A stretch of DNA of 61,168 nucleotides, the filler included, from Basidiobolus ranarum (lineage: Eukaryota): the NCBI GenBank assembly GCA_040143965.1. It is 16 parts of 16 records of this genome, joined end to end, with 100 filler letters (N's around TTAATTAATTAA, not from the genome) between each part and the next. Parts side by side here need not be neighbours in the genome. Positions count along the whole stretch, not along the records: positions 34,517 to 38,243 come from JASJQH010009190.1; positions 38,344 to 42,070 come from JASJQH010009191.1; positions 42,171 to 45,896 come from JASJQH010009192.1; 13 more parts are not named here. One strand, written 5' to 3'. The notes beneath the pieces are model-generated. The model made no database searches, was not told the DNA's origin, and was given only the letters and a program-made list of their open reading frames with translations. The position numbers and the translations under genes are program-made. This document shows positions 35,035 to 45,996 of this stretch, one piece after another. Each line of letters opens with the position of its first letter. Positions within the stretch are counted from its first letter, which is position 1.

Positions 35035-35825
35035 CCTCCCCTATGGAAGAAGTTCTCTTCTACACACATATCATCCGAAGGTGCATCAAAAATCCTGCAC
35101 AAGAAGGAAGCCAAAATGATTTCGGTATCGGTGGTTGCCTTCTTATATTTCGAAGCCTTTCTTGTTTGAACGATTTGTTCAATAATCTTCTGGTACGCAT
35201 TGAATTCTGCTTTTTCATATCATTGATGTAGTTTTCCTCTTGATAACTTTCCCATTGGATTGTTAGTCAAGATATTTTTGGAGAGTGGTGATATTACGTG
35301 AGCTGCTTGAGAGCAAAACTGAATCATTTTTTGTTGAATTCTGTAATGAGTACGAAGAAGGGTTTCTTCATCGGATAGTGACAATGAGGGAAGGTAAAAA
35401 AGGACAACTAGTTCGGTTTGAGAGCCCTTTGGCCGGATTGGACAAACAGTGACAAATGAAGGAACAATCCCGTCTATATTTTGTAGTACATCTTCAAGTT
35501 CCTTGCTATAATAACTTACAACACGAAGAATAATATTATCCTTGATTCTTTCAACAGGTTCCAGGGCACCATTAACCAGATTGGCTGTATCCTCATTTCT
35601 AAACCATCCTTTCTTAGTGAACGCTTGTTCATTAGCCTCAGGACTGTTATAGTAACCGTTGAATAGCTGAGCGCACGATATTTACAGATTACCGCAAGGG
35701 CTACCTAGTAATATTTGATTGTCATCATCGACAATTCTCATTGAACTTCGCTTTTTTCAATGTATGTAGGAGTTGAATCCCTGGATCTACCAAATTGGCC
35801 TCACCGCCGGAGTTGATGCGCTTCA
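35035..35825 (-). pseudogene. Decayed paralog of the NRPS-like enzyme: A-domain C-terminal half and T-domain start
   Basis: Colinear with about 46890-45997: INSGGEANLV, RIVDDDNQ, GYYNSPEANEQAFTKKGWF, CPIRPKGSQTE, GKLSRGKL, EKAEFN...TDTEIILASFLCRIFD; stops, frameshifts and an internal deletion. Confidence 0.85.
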
Positions 35826-36946
35826 AACATCATCTAATATATACATATATGGTGAAGAATGTTGAATAATGGGGTTAGAGTTCGGGTTAATCCAAATCCA
35901 TACTTTCTAAGCCACTTTGGGTAGGCGAGTTATTAAATAGCAATTCTATTTGTTCTTAGCTTAACTTAGTTTATCAATCCATTTATTTCGAGATATCCCA
36001 AAAAATTCCTTATGAATTTCCTTATCCTTGATCCATTTGTTGTTTCTTTCAGAGCGAGCACAACAACTGTGACAAACATAACTTGTGGAATAACTGCAAA
36101 TGATAGCTGTCTGATGTATGAGTTATTTTGCATTCTGTTAAATAAGTTTATTACAGGGACTGGCGGCTAGAGGAAAATAATCACAAAATATTTCACATAG
36201 ACAGAGCCCACATCTTTAATTGTGTCCCCATAGGTCATTGGTACAGTGGAACTAGTTCTCTGTGTTTAATAGTTGCACTTCGAACAAGTCAAAATTGGGA
36301 AGGTATATTGGAGATCTGATTTTTGCCATACCTTGGTCTATGGAAGTGCTGCTATAGCGGTTACTAGTTTGCAACATGTCACCACTAAGAATGCAGAGTT
36401 ACATACGTGTTATGGTGTGCTTTAAGGTATTTTATGGTGTGTTATAGAGCGGGAGTAGATGCTGCTATGAGTGAGAGAGTCATATTTGTTTAGTAAAAAT
36501 ATATTCTGTCTACATTACATTAGAATTAAAGTAAATGCATATTCTAAGAACACATGTATATTTATTCATACTTGATATATTATTCCCCTGTTTGTAGTTG
36601 TCAATTCTGCTTCCTTTTCAATTTACCACTTTTGCAGTTATATAATATTGATGTGACAAAACCTATTAACATAGGGATAAGATCTATTGAACTATGCCAA
36701 GAGTAACTTCTTAAAGTTTTGCATTACTGTTAAACTGTGCACAGCATAAAATATAGCTACATCTCTCCAAATTTATCCATCACCTTTGAGTTGAGTAGAG
36801 CCCACATAAATGCTTGTTGTATCAAGCAACTCATTGCTCTAGTAATTAAAGTACCATTATGATGGTAGAATAGTGTTGTTTTTGCTTTATCAGTAACAAT
36901 ATATTTTAGTTAGCAATATAAGTCAGCAATTTCTTAGCTTGTGTAT

Positions 36947-37932
36947 CCCTAACAAAAATAAAATTGATTTGATCCAGAACAGATCCACCCTCTAGATTGC
37001 AAAAGCATCAGAGAACCATCACAATTCCAGTGGCTTGTATTCTGGCAGGTATTTTAACAATGAGATGGTGGACTCTTGACAGTGATTTGATGGTATTCAT
37101 ACATGGTAAAATATTGATCCTTGTATTTGGCATGCATTATTTAATTTCCAATAATTTTTGCATAAAACTATTTTTTGAAAGCAAATTACTGGGTTTACTG
37201 CTGTAAGAGTTCAAATTAATATGCATGGCTTTATTTAGATATTTTTGGCTTTGTATTCCATCCATAATAAGAATCAAAGAGTATATCATTCTCATTGTTT
37301 TAGTCTCTACATATTTACATACTTGACTGATCAGACAAAACTTGACAACATGAATATGCTTTACCAGCAAATTAACAATGGACAAATTGCTGAACACCAG
37401 AAATTTTGAATAGCACTGACACTTGGTAAATGGCTGACCCTTTTTTCTGTTCAGAATGAGAATAAGCACTTGGATTTTGGCTAGTTTTCACAAAGAACTC
37501 AGCCAAAATATCCCCAACTTACAGACAACAAGTACGCTGCCACAAGTAGATGTGTCATTGCTTGAATAGATTACCCTATGGTTAAAATGATAATACTGCA
37601 TATCTTGGTCTATCTCACCAAGAGGTCTGTCTTGCAGCTTTCCTAGAAATACCATCATACTATCATACAGACAAATTAGTCCAAATTTTAGAGATGCTTA
37701 CTCTGAGTTCATGGATTAGGTTCAGTTACTGCTATTGTGCTCAAAAAATGCAAAAACTCATGAGCATATTGAAAAGAGTCCTTTTGTTGGAAGGACAATA
37801 TACTCTTCAGTCTCCTTTACCCATTTCATACCATCCATCACCAATTTTGCTGATACATTGTTAATCAGATTAGCATACAGTGATACTGACAATTTCTCAT
37901 GAAGCATCAGTTCACTACAGGTGCACTCCATT
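36947..37932 (-). mobile_element. CACTA/EnSpm remnant: terminus type 1 and transposase 3' part
   Basis: Starts CCCTAACAAAAATAAAATTGATTTG; homologous to 31993-32520. Confidence 0.8.
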
Positions 37933-38055
37933 ACCAAACAGAAATTTGAGGATTGTTATTGTAGGAAAACCATCACATTTTAATCCATTTGGGATTGACT
38001 GTTTACTCATTGTCATAAAATTGTCAAATTAGATATAATTTTAATCAATTTTTAT
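37933..38055 (+). mobile_element. CACTA terminus type 2, partial, abutting the transposase remnant
   Basis: (A)CCAAACAGAAATTTGAGGATTGTTATTGTAGGAAAACCATCAC matches 57154. Confidence 0.75.
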
Positions 38056-38343
38056 GGTTACGGTTAGGTGCAGACAGTCACCAACAGGTGAGATCTTTGT
38101 TTCAAACAAAACAAAGAGGCCATAACTACTTCTGTAGTTTCTTAACTAATGTATGGAGATCAGGAGTATTTGTATGAATGTTGCAAAGCAGAAAAGTTAA
38201 GTCAGTAGAATCTAAGACACTGTTAAGTGGAGTGGGAGGGAGTNNNNNNNNNNNNNNNNNNNNNNNNNNNNNNNNNNNNNNNNNNNNTTAATTAATTAAN
38301 NNNNNNNNNNNNNNNNNNNNNNNNNNNNNNNNNNNNNNNNNNN

Positions 38344-38915
38344 CTAGAGCTTGCAACTGTGGTTGACAAAGTTGAGGAAATTTTGGATGACGAAGACGAA
38401 GTTGGTTTGGAAGTACTAGAGCTTTTAGTGCTGGACGAAGACGAAGTTGGTTTGGAGGCATTAGAGCTTTAAGTGCTGGACGCAGATGAAGTTGGTTTGG
38501 AAGTACTAGAACTTTTAGTGGTCTTTGTACCGCAAGTACCATACTTACTTTGACATTTTCCTGTACAATGATCTGATGAGTAGCCACAATAGCCCCATTC
38601 ACTGCAACACAAGCCTGCATCACAGGTACCATACTTTGAGCCGCACTGTTCATTGAGTTTCTTTAAACTACTATCACAGGTGCCATAATTTTTCTGGCAA
38701 CCGTCAGAGCAATGATCAGACGAGTAACCGCAGTACCCCCATTGGCTACAGCACAATCCTGATCCACAAGAGCCGTACTTGGAGCCACACTTTTCATTGA
38801 GTTTTCTCAAAGGAGTTGCTCTAGTGATTAGTCTTCCGTATCTATCATTAGCTGGAGCACCTTCAATGGATTTCGCAGCTAGTGTGATAGCGAGCAAAGT
38901 GAAGAAGAATTTCAT
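38344..38915 (-). CDS. Secreted chitin-binding protein: signal peptide, two hevein/CBM18 domains, Ser/Thr-rich repeats; in-frame TAA at 38471-38469
   Basis: MKFFFTLLAITLAA; CGSKYGSCGSGLCCSQWGYCGYSSDHCSDGCQKNYGTC and CGSKYGTCDAGLCCSEWGYCGYSSDHCTGKCQSKYGTC. Confidence 0.9.
38385..38519 (-). repeat. Three 45-nt coding tandem repeats (TKSSSTSKPTSSxSS)
   Basis: Units 38519-38475, 38474-38430 and 38429-38385. Confidence 0.85.
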
Positions 38916-40848
38916 CGTAGAGTTCTAGAAGTTCGAGAAATCTGAAAGAATGCTTAGGAAATGCCATGGCTTATAAGGAGAATAGGTTTTCATGGTATGA
39001 AAGAATTATCTAATTCAAAGCACTAGCTTACATATCTGAAATCAGTCGAGTACCCCAAATAGTTGAACGTTCAAGTGCTGCCAGTTAGTCTTCCGTTGTA
39101 CCTGATAGCGTTCCATGATTACAATTCTATTGGAGGATATACTTATGAGCAGTATGACAGTAATACAATGGCGCTTAGCAAATATATCTACACGAGACTA
39201 ACCAATTTGACGTACATCTGCAAGGAATAGGCTACTTCCAATAAAATATAAGTGTAACCAGTGTGCCACAGAATACCATAAATAGTTGGTCGAGGCAGGA
39301 AGATTGAAGTCACTTAGTATATTATTTTTATTAATTACTGGTATTTTACCGGTTTTTTTGGGTAAGTTGAAAGAACCATCTAAAACCATTTCGCATTAAA
39401 GCTAGTTTGTAACAAGGTAGATTCATCTAGGTGTGGTTACTATTTCCAATTACGATTAAACAATGAATATGTGCTAGTTACGTAAATAACAATCCGGTTA
39501 CAATATTATCACTCGACAATGTGCCAACTGTTATGCCAATTGATGATATCCAACACGATTGGCCCGGGCATCCATGGAACAATGTATGTTTCGAAGACGT
39601 TTATTAAGTACATAGAGGTAGGCTAGTAATAGCGGACAGTCTGGCTACAAGATATAGCTAAGAACCAATTCTTTTAGTCGAAAAGGACCCAGCCCATATC
39701 ATCAGATTGTTCCTTGGCCTCTTCCCTCTCCTCCTCAGCAGTTAATATATCACTATTGCTTTCACTGTCATAACTGATTTTGCAATAATTTCCACCATAT
39801 CTGGTTTCTTGATTTTCTCCATAATACATATATATAATGATAGTTAGTGATATACCCGTATGAGGCCGGAGCACAAAGAGGCATGATAATACTTGCCAGC
39901 ATATCTTTTCTCCACTCGTAGATAAGTTACCAGTAGTTAGCATCAGCAATGGGTTGAGCACTACCAGCTCAAACTTCGAGATCAGTAGCTCTAGGATATT
40001 CTCAATCTATATATGCTCCACTAAATCATATTGCTTAGCCATGGCTAGTAGATTAGTTATTAAGCAATCAGTGAGAATAACTATCCAAAAATAGGTCCAG
40101 TAGCATCTTCAGCAGTAAATGACCATCCTCCAAAACTAATGATTTCCATAATATTTTTGAGTTGGTAGAATTGATTCCACTGTTTTATCTTCGCAACATT
40201 GGGTATAGACTCTTTAATTACTCCAAGGACATACTACATGTGGGTATGCTGTTCGTTATCAATTCAAACTTTTAATTTTGCTCCACCCATAGGTGGACAA
40301 CCTCTGCCTATATTTCATTTCCTATAGCAGCCCAGTATTGGCTTTATATTACATTCCACAATTACTTTGCTTGCCTATTATACTTTAGCTATTAGTAGCT
40401 GATGGAATTATGATACAAAACTCAGCACCCATAATACAATGAAATAAGTTATCTTAATATCAAAGGATTTACATTTATCAAATGGACCATATTTCGCATC
40501 AATTATTTCCTATAAGTAGGAGACCTATAAACATCGTAATGAATCTTACAAACAGGTAAGAGTGAATCTGGATTATCTCTAATTGTTCTAATCTTAATTC
40601 GATAATTATCTCTATAAGACTCTCCTCTCACAACTTATATATATACTTATAGAGCCCTATATTACGCTGACAAAAATCTCTTGCAGCTGGCATCACTTCT
40701 TTATAATGGATTATATTATTATAGTCCATAGTAATATATTTGCTCAGCTAGCGGAGAGTAACAAAGAAGTGAGCCCTTTGCACCAAAATTGATAGTAATC
40801 TAGTAATCAGGAAACCCCCTCCCTATCCAAATGCATAATCTCATCTAG

Positions 40849-40960
40849 GGATCTTAAACTTGACAACATTCTTGTTACTCTGGATGTACATATCAAGATC
40901 GCCGATTGTGGTCTGTGGAAGATATCCGTTCTTTATAGGCGTCAACTAGGACTGACCTGG
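40849..40960 (+). pseudogene. Protein kinase C (AGC family) fragment
   Basis: [24 protein letters not shown] (compare PKC [25 protein letters not shown]), joined to a PFF.GVN..DL-like remnant. Confidence 0.65.
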
Positions 40961-41362
40961 TGCAAAACATGGGGGATTATGTAGACCAAGATGAGTTCTA
41001 CAAATTATTCTACAGACAAATTAAGCGGGCGAACCTTGATAGAACAATCGTTGAACATTATACCCATTTTTGTTACTCCACTCATCATCACTTTAGTTTA
41101 TATTCCAGCTTTTCATTGTTAATATATACATTAGGCTATCCTTGATTGTTGGTTTCTGGACACTTGAAGCATTAATATTATCAATGAAAGCAATCGTAAT
41201 CATATCCTCTTCTAAAGAGAATTCCGGATGCTTTTACTGTTTTATGGTCAAGATAGTTTATTAAGTTTAAATTTGAGAGGCGATTCGGATTAAATGAGAT
41301 ATTTATAATGACAACGTTAAATGGGTTTAATTCATCAGGCGATCTGATGATCTGGAATGCAA

Positions 41363-42070
41363 TTAATTGGTGCCTAAATCTTGTTGAATGACTAATGAGT
41401 AGTATTGTCCCTTAAGTGCCATCAGCTCATTGTGAGTGCCCTTTTCATTAACCACTCCATTCTTGAACACATAGATGACATCTGCCTTCTGGATGGTGGA
41501 TAGACGATGAGCGACTGCAATGGTAGTTCTACCCTTGGCTGCGTTATCAAGCGCTGTTTGAACTACTTTCTCGGATTCAGCATCTAGGGCGGAGGTGGCT
41601 TCATCCAGCAATAGAATCTTGGGATTTCTGATCAAAGCGCGAGCAATGGCAATACGTTGTTTTTGACCACCAGAAAGTTGAGAACCTTTGCTACCAAGTG
41701 AAGTGTCATATCCCTTGGGAAGTCCCGTGATGAAATCGTGAATGTTAGCATCGCGTGCCGCTTTTTCAATCTCTTGTTGCGAAGGAACACGATCGACCAA
41801 ACCAAAGCAGATATTTTCCCTGATGGTCATATCGTAGAGAGTTGGTTCTTGACCGACCAAGGCAATGTGTTTACGTAGGTCATTGATGTTCATTTGACGG
41901 ACATCCTTGCCATCAATCATTACATTTCCGGATAGCACATCATAGAAACGTTCGGTAAGTCCGATCACCGTGCTCTTACCACATCCAGATGGACCAACCA
42001 AGGCAGCATATTGTCCAGGTCGGATATCAAGGTTCAGTCCTCGAAGAACAGCTCCGGCTGGGCGTGTGGG
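41363..42070 (-). CDS. ABCB/MDR-type ABC transporter, C-terminal nucleotide-binding domain (5'-truncated)
   Basis: PTRP...VLRGLNL, Walker [11 protein letters not shown]-loop [41 protein letters not shown]. Confidence 0.95.
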   Translation of the reverse strand, partial: PTRPAGAVLRGLNLDIRPGQYAALVGPSGCGKSTVIGLTERFYDVLSGNVMIDGKDVRQMNINDLRKHIALVGQEPTLYDMTIRENICFGLVDRVPSQQEIEKAARDANIHDFITGLPKGYDTSLGSKGSQLSGGQKQRIAIARALIRNPKILLLDEATSALDAESEKVVQTALDNAAKGRTTIAVAHRLSTIQKADVIYVFKNGVVNEKGTHNELMALKGQYYSLVIQQDLGTN

Positions 42071-42170
42071 NNNNNNNNNNNNNNNNNNNNNNNNNNNNNN
42101 NNNNNNNNNNNNNNTTAATTAATTAANNNNNNNNNNNNNNNNNNNNNNNNNNNNNNNNNNNNNNNNNNNN

Positions 42171-42534
42171 CTTTGCACACCTGCTTCTGGGACCTTCCTT
42201 AACACATTCTACATATTAGTTTGCTTACATCTTGACAAAATTATAAATGTCAACTGAATACTCAGTAAATCAATAAGTGCAAACCACCAATTTCTCTATT
42301 TTCTCCAAACCACTTCCAACAGGCTCTCAAAATACTTTAATAGTAGCTGTCAAGAAGTAGATAAACCAACATGTGGATTACAAAGTCTGGGGTCTTTTGG
42401 ACAAGTTTGAGAACTTCCAAGTTGGTCTCAATATTGAGCGTAAAATTCCTCATGAAGATATTGAATAACAACTGTGATATTTAGGTAGCTAGCTATATGA
42501 CTATGTAGATGCTTAAGCTATGTCATTTTCAACA
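42171..42534. mobile_element. Copia LTR-A fragments: plus-strand 3' half (42171-42342) and a reverse decayed piece (about 42400-42534)
   Basis: CTTTGCACAC...AAATACTTTAATA and GAGAACTTCCAAGTTGG...TTTTCAACA match family A. Confidence 0.75.
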
Positions 42535-43703
42535 GCAACCAGTAAATAAATATTTGCATTGACATGAATTGCCCAAGGGCTGAGATTAATGAATTCATCA
42601 ATCTTCAATATATTCCCAAAGAGAGGAAATATAAGAGCCAAGTGTTAAATCAGTCTACAAGCAATGCTAAGAAATTACAGACCCAACAGAGTAGGTTATT
42701 GAATAAAGAAATCAAAGAAATGTCTAGATATTGATAGTTTATTTTATCTGGTTGTAACGTTTGCTATATGTCCGAATTTAAACTTGACGGGTAAAGTTAA
42801 CCCCGACTGTAAGGTGGTTTGGGAAAAGCTCTATAGTTTCTCTCTCTCTAGATAGACAGGTCAACCTCAAAACCACTGTAATCTTTTTTGAGCTCATTCA
42901 TTAGCAAAATTGGTTTTGCTTCTTTGAGATCCGTAATAATCAGAGTAGAAGGAGCCTATAGAGCTCTGATCAACTCTTGTTTCAGAAGCAGGTGTTGTTT
43001 GGAATGGATTAAATTCTTGCTTTGTTCTAAGAGGCCATTTCATATCCTTATAGGGATTCCTGGGAACAGGGTGTTGTACTACGTTATTTCAAAAAGTAGT
43101 TTAGTGAATGTATAGTATAAACGATATGTACACTTAGTAATGGTTACTGTTGTAGCCGAGAGAGGAGCTCCAAGTCGCATTTTTAGAGGTTTTCTGTATT
43201 GGTTGAATGAGTTATGAATACTAAGCGCATATCTAGTAAATTGGAGTACCTTGCTTTCATCGAAGAATAGTTTGGATATCACTTGAGCTGCAGACTTATG
43301 AGCTTGAAGCTAGATACGGATAGAAGGTAAGGAAACCATTTGAAGAACAAGTTTGTGCGGGAGCGTACATTAGAGGTTACCAGTTGATCAGTATAGCGTC
43401 TCTATAAATAGTATACGGATGAGTTGAAATATGTTAGTGGCGAAATATATACCGCTAGAAATTATCGTATTACCTGGAGTGGGGGTTGGAAAAAGGAATT
43501 TCCATTCTGCTGGTCGAACAGTGAATAATTATGGTTGTCTTGTTGAAGTCGATTGACTAGAATTGCTATTAGTATTCGCTTAATCAAGTTTTGGTTAAGA
43601 ATATCTAAATACCTCCTCTTTGTGAGTAATGAGAAGACTCGTAGTTTAAGGAGTTCGCTCTAGATGGCGACATCCTCAATGGAACCTATCGAGAAGATAT
43701 TAA

Positions 43704-45896
43704 TTACATATTCGTTATATGAGACTTGGGTGATATCCATACATGATTGGCACTGAGAAAATTGTCTAATATCTGCTGAGCTCGGGGAATAAAAGAGGCT
43801 TCACGAGTTTCGTATTTAAATATGAACGAGTAGTACCCTTGCTCAATAACTTTAGTACGTATGGATGAAAATCCATTGAGATCATGAGAAGGAGCAATCA
43901 AAATAACGTTTAGCCCTTGCTTCATTTCCTTGACCAATTTCCTGAACTCTTCAGAGTTAATCGCCAAGTAAAGAGAAGCAGATGAGGGATAACGAACGTG
44001 GGTTTCATTCAAAGAAAGATCCTGCAGTCCATGAGTGATATAACTAGGTTCATATAGATTATAGTTGGAGTTTCTATTGTCTAGAGGCATTTTGGTAGTT
44101 GTTGATATTGGCTCAGTAGCCAAAGGCCCAGCAGAGAAATTTCCTGTAGATTCAGGCATCCATACTTGATCCTGAAGATTTGATGAGAAACATATCGACA
44201 TTTAATAATTATACAACGACTTACTTCTCTGTTTTCAACAAGATCTATAATTGTTTGCTTAAATTTCTCCAAGCTATTAGCGTTCTTGGCAGGTGTTCTG
44301 GCAACAACATTATCGCCTGAAGAGATACATACCCCTTGTGCAGCAAACTCTTCAGGAGTAGAGAATTTAACATAAACTCCAAACTGCTTCATAATTCTCT
44401 GAATGTTTTTGCCACCCACTCCGATGATACGTTTGTGATAACTTTCGGGAACATAAAAGGACATTTCGGCGGGAAGTTCTTCCTAATAAAGATTTTATAT
44501 GTTAGATGATAGGATGATCTGGAGAAGGTATTCAGAATTCAAACCAGTAAGAGCTTTAATCCCTCCAGAGTTTTACTGCATTCTGGACTGTAAATGTTGA
44601 TGAAAAAGTTGGTATCGTTGAAGTTTTCAAATCCAATTTTTACATTTGCTATCTTCATAATCTTGTTTATCTTTCCATTTTTCTTTCCGCTAATGAATTC
44701 CCGGTGTTCAATTGCAAGCTCTACTTGTAATTTTACCTCACGTTGGAAGAGCTGAGGAGACTTTGCTTTAGTCCTTAATTATGTTGATATTCAATGTATT
44801 AAGAAAGTACCTGAAACGAATATTCATTTCCAATTAATCGGAAAGCTGCTTTTAATTGATTGGCCTCACCAAAGACCTCGAAACTATGGGTCTTGTACAC
44901 CACTTCGGCTCCAGTTGATAGTGAAATTTGCGATAAAAGATTATCCATTTCTTCTTTAGTTGGGAGTTGAATTGGTTGACTACCAGGTATATTGCTTTCT
45001 AACCAGAGCCAGCCAGAAAACACATTGCTTGTCTTCAAAGTAAATACTTTAAGTTAAAAATATTCTGGATAATTTTTCAATTTACAAAAATATTATATTA
45101 ACCATTCTCATGATAGCCTTTGTAGTACGGGATACTTCGCTTTCGTTCTGACCATATATTATGACATATGAATGACCAGACTCTAGGTTAGGGAATATCA
45201 CTGATGTAGCTATTGGTTCATTGTTAAATTAGTGCGCCAACAGCTGTTATAAATTTCTAAAGAAGTACCATTGTTATGCATTGTCTCAACTAGGTCAGTA
45301 TTTCTTATCAAGGGTAGCCAGTCAAGCTTTCGAGGTTGTAAAGTGATATGTCTTTTAATCAAGGCCATGTTCTGAAGGAAAGATAATAAGAAATAGTTTA
45401 TAAAATCATGTAAACTGTTAAATTACCGTTTGGTTGATAGTAGCGCTAATGAGTTGAACCACTTTCTCGACTTGAGGCTTTTCTCCAGAAATTAGGATAC
45501 TCTTGGGTGGGGTCGCATCAGAGTGTTCCTCCAATAAATTCCCATATTGACAGGGAATGTCCAGCTTGACACACATGTCTACTTCCATAGCTTTAAAGAA
45601 GGAATTCTTGGGCCCAGAAATGATCTGGAGAATGTGGGCTTCCACTTTAAATATCTTTGTGTATGTCTTGTGCTATTCGGTTCAAAATATTCGTTAAAGA
45701 AACTTTGTGCTCAGATATCTACACCAACTTACACATAGATCTTCTTCTAAACGAACAATTTGTTGTCGAACTCTTTCGACACAAAATGAATTTCCTGTGA
45801 TTACCACCTGCATAGTCCGATCATCCTCCGTTTGAGATGGTTGGTCTATAAATTCAATAACTACATCTTCGCCACAGATAATACTGTCGATGTGAG
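43704..45896 (-). CDS. Multi-KH-domain RNA-binding protein (Mug60/YLL032C-like), multi-exon, 5'-truncated; may extend to about 42800
   Basis: ELAIEHREFISGKKNGKINKIMK; MSFYVPESYHKRIIGVGGKNIQRIMKQFGVYVKFS; DNVVARTPAKNA; GT-AG introns. Confidence 0.8.
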
Positions 45897-45996
45897 NNNN
45901 NNNNNNNNNNNNNNNNNNNNNNNNNNNNNNNNNNNNNNNNTTAATTAATTAANNNNNNNNNNNNNNNNNNNNNNNNNNNNNNNNNNNNNNNNNNNN

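Noticed and set aside
39674-40260. Possible BTB-domain pseudogene (NLLAMAKQYDL, minus strand)
   Set aside because: The resemblance is short and frame-broken and cannot be supported by eye.
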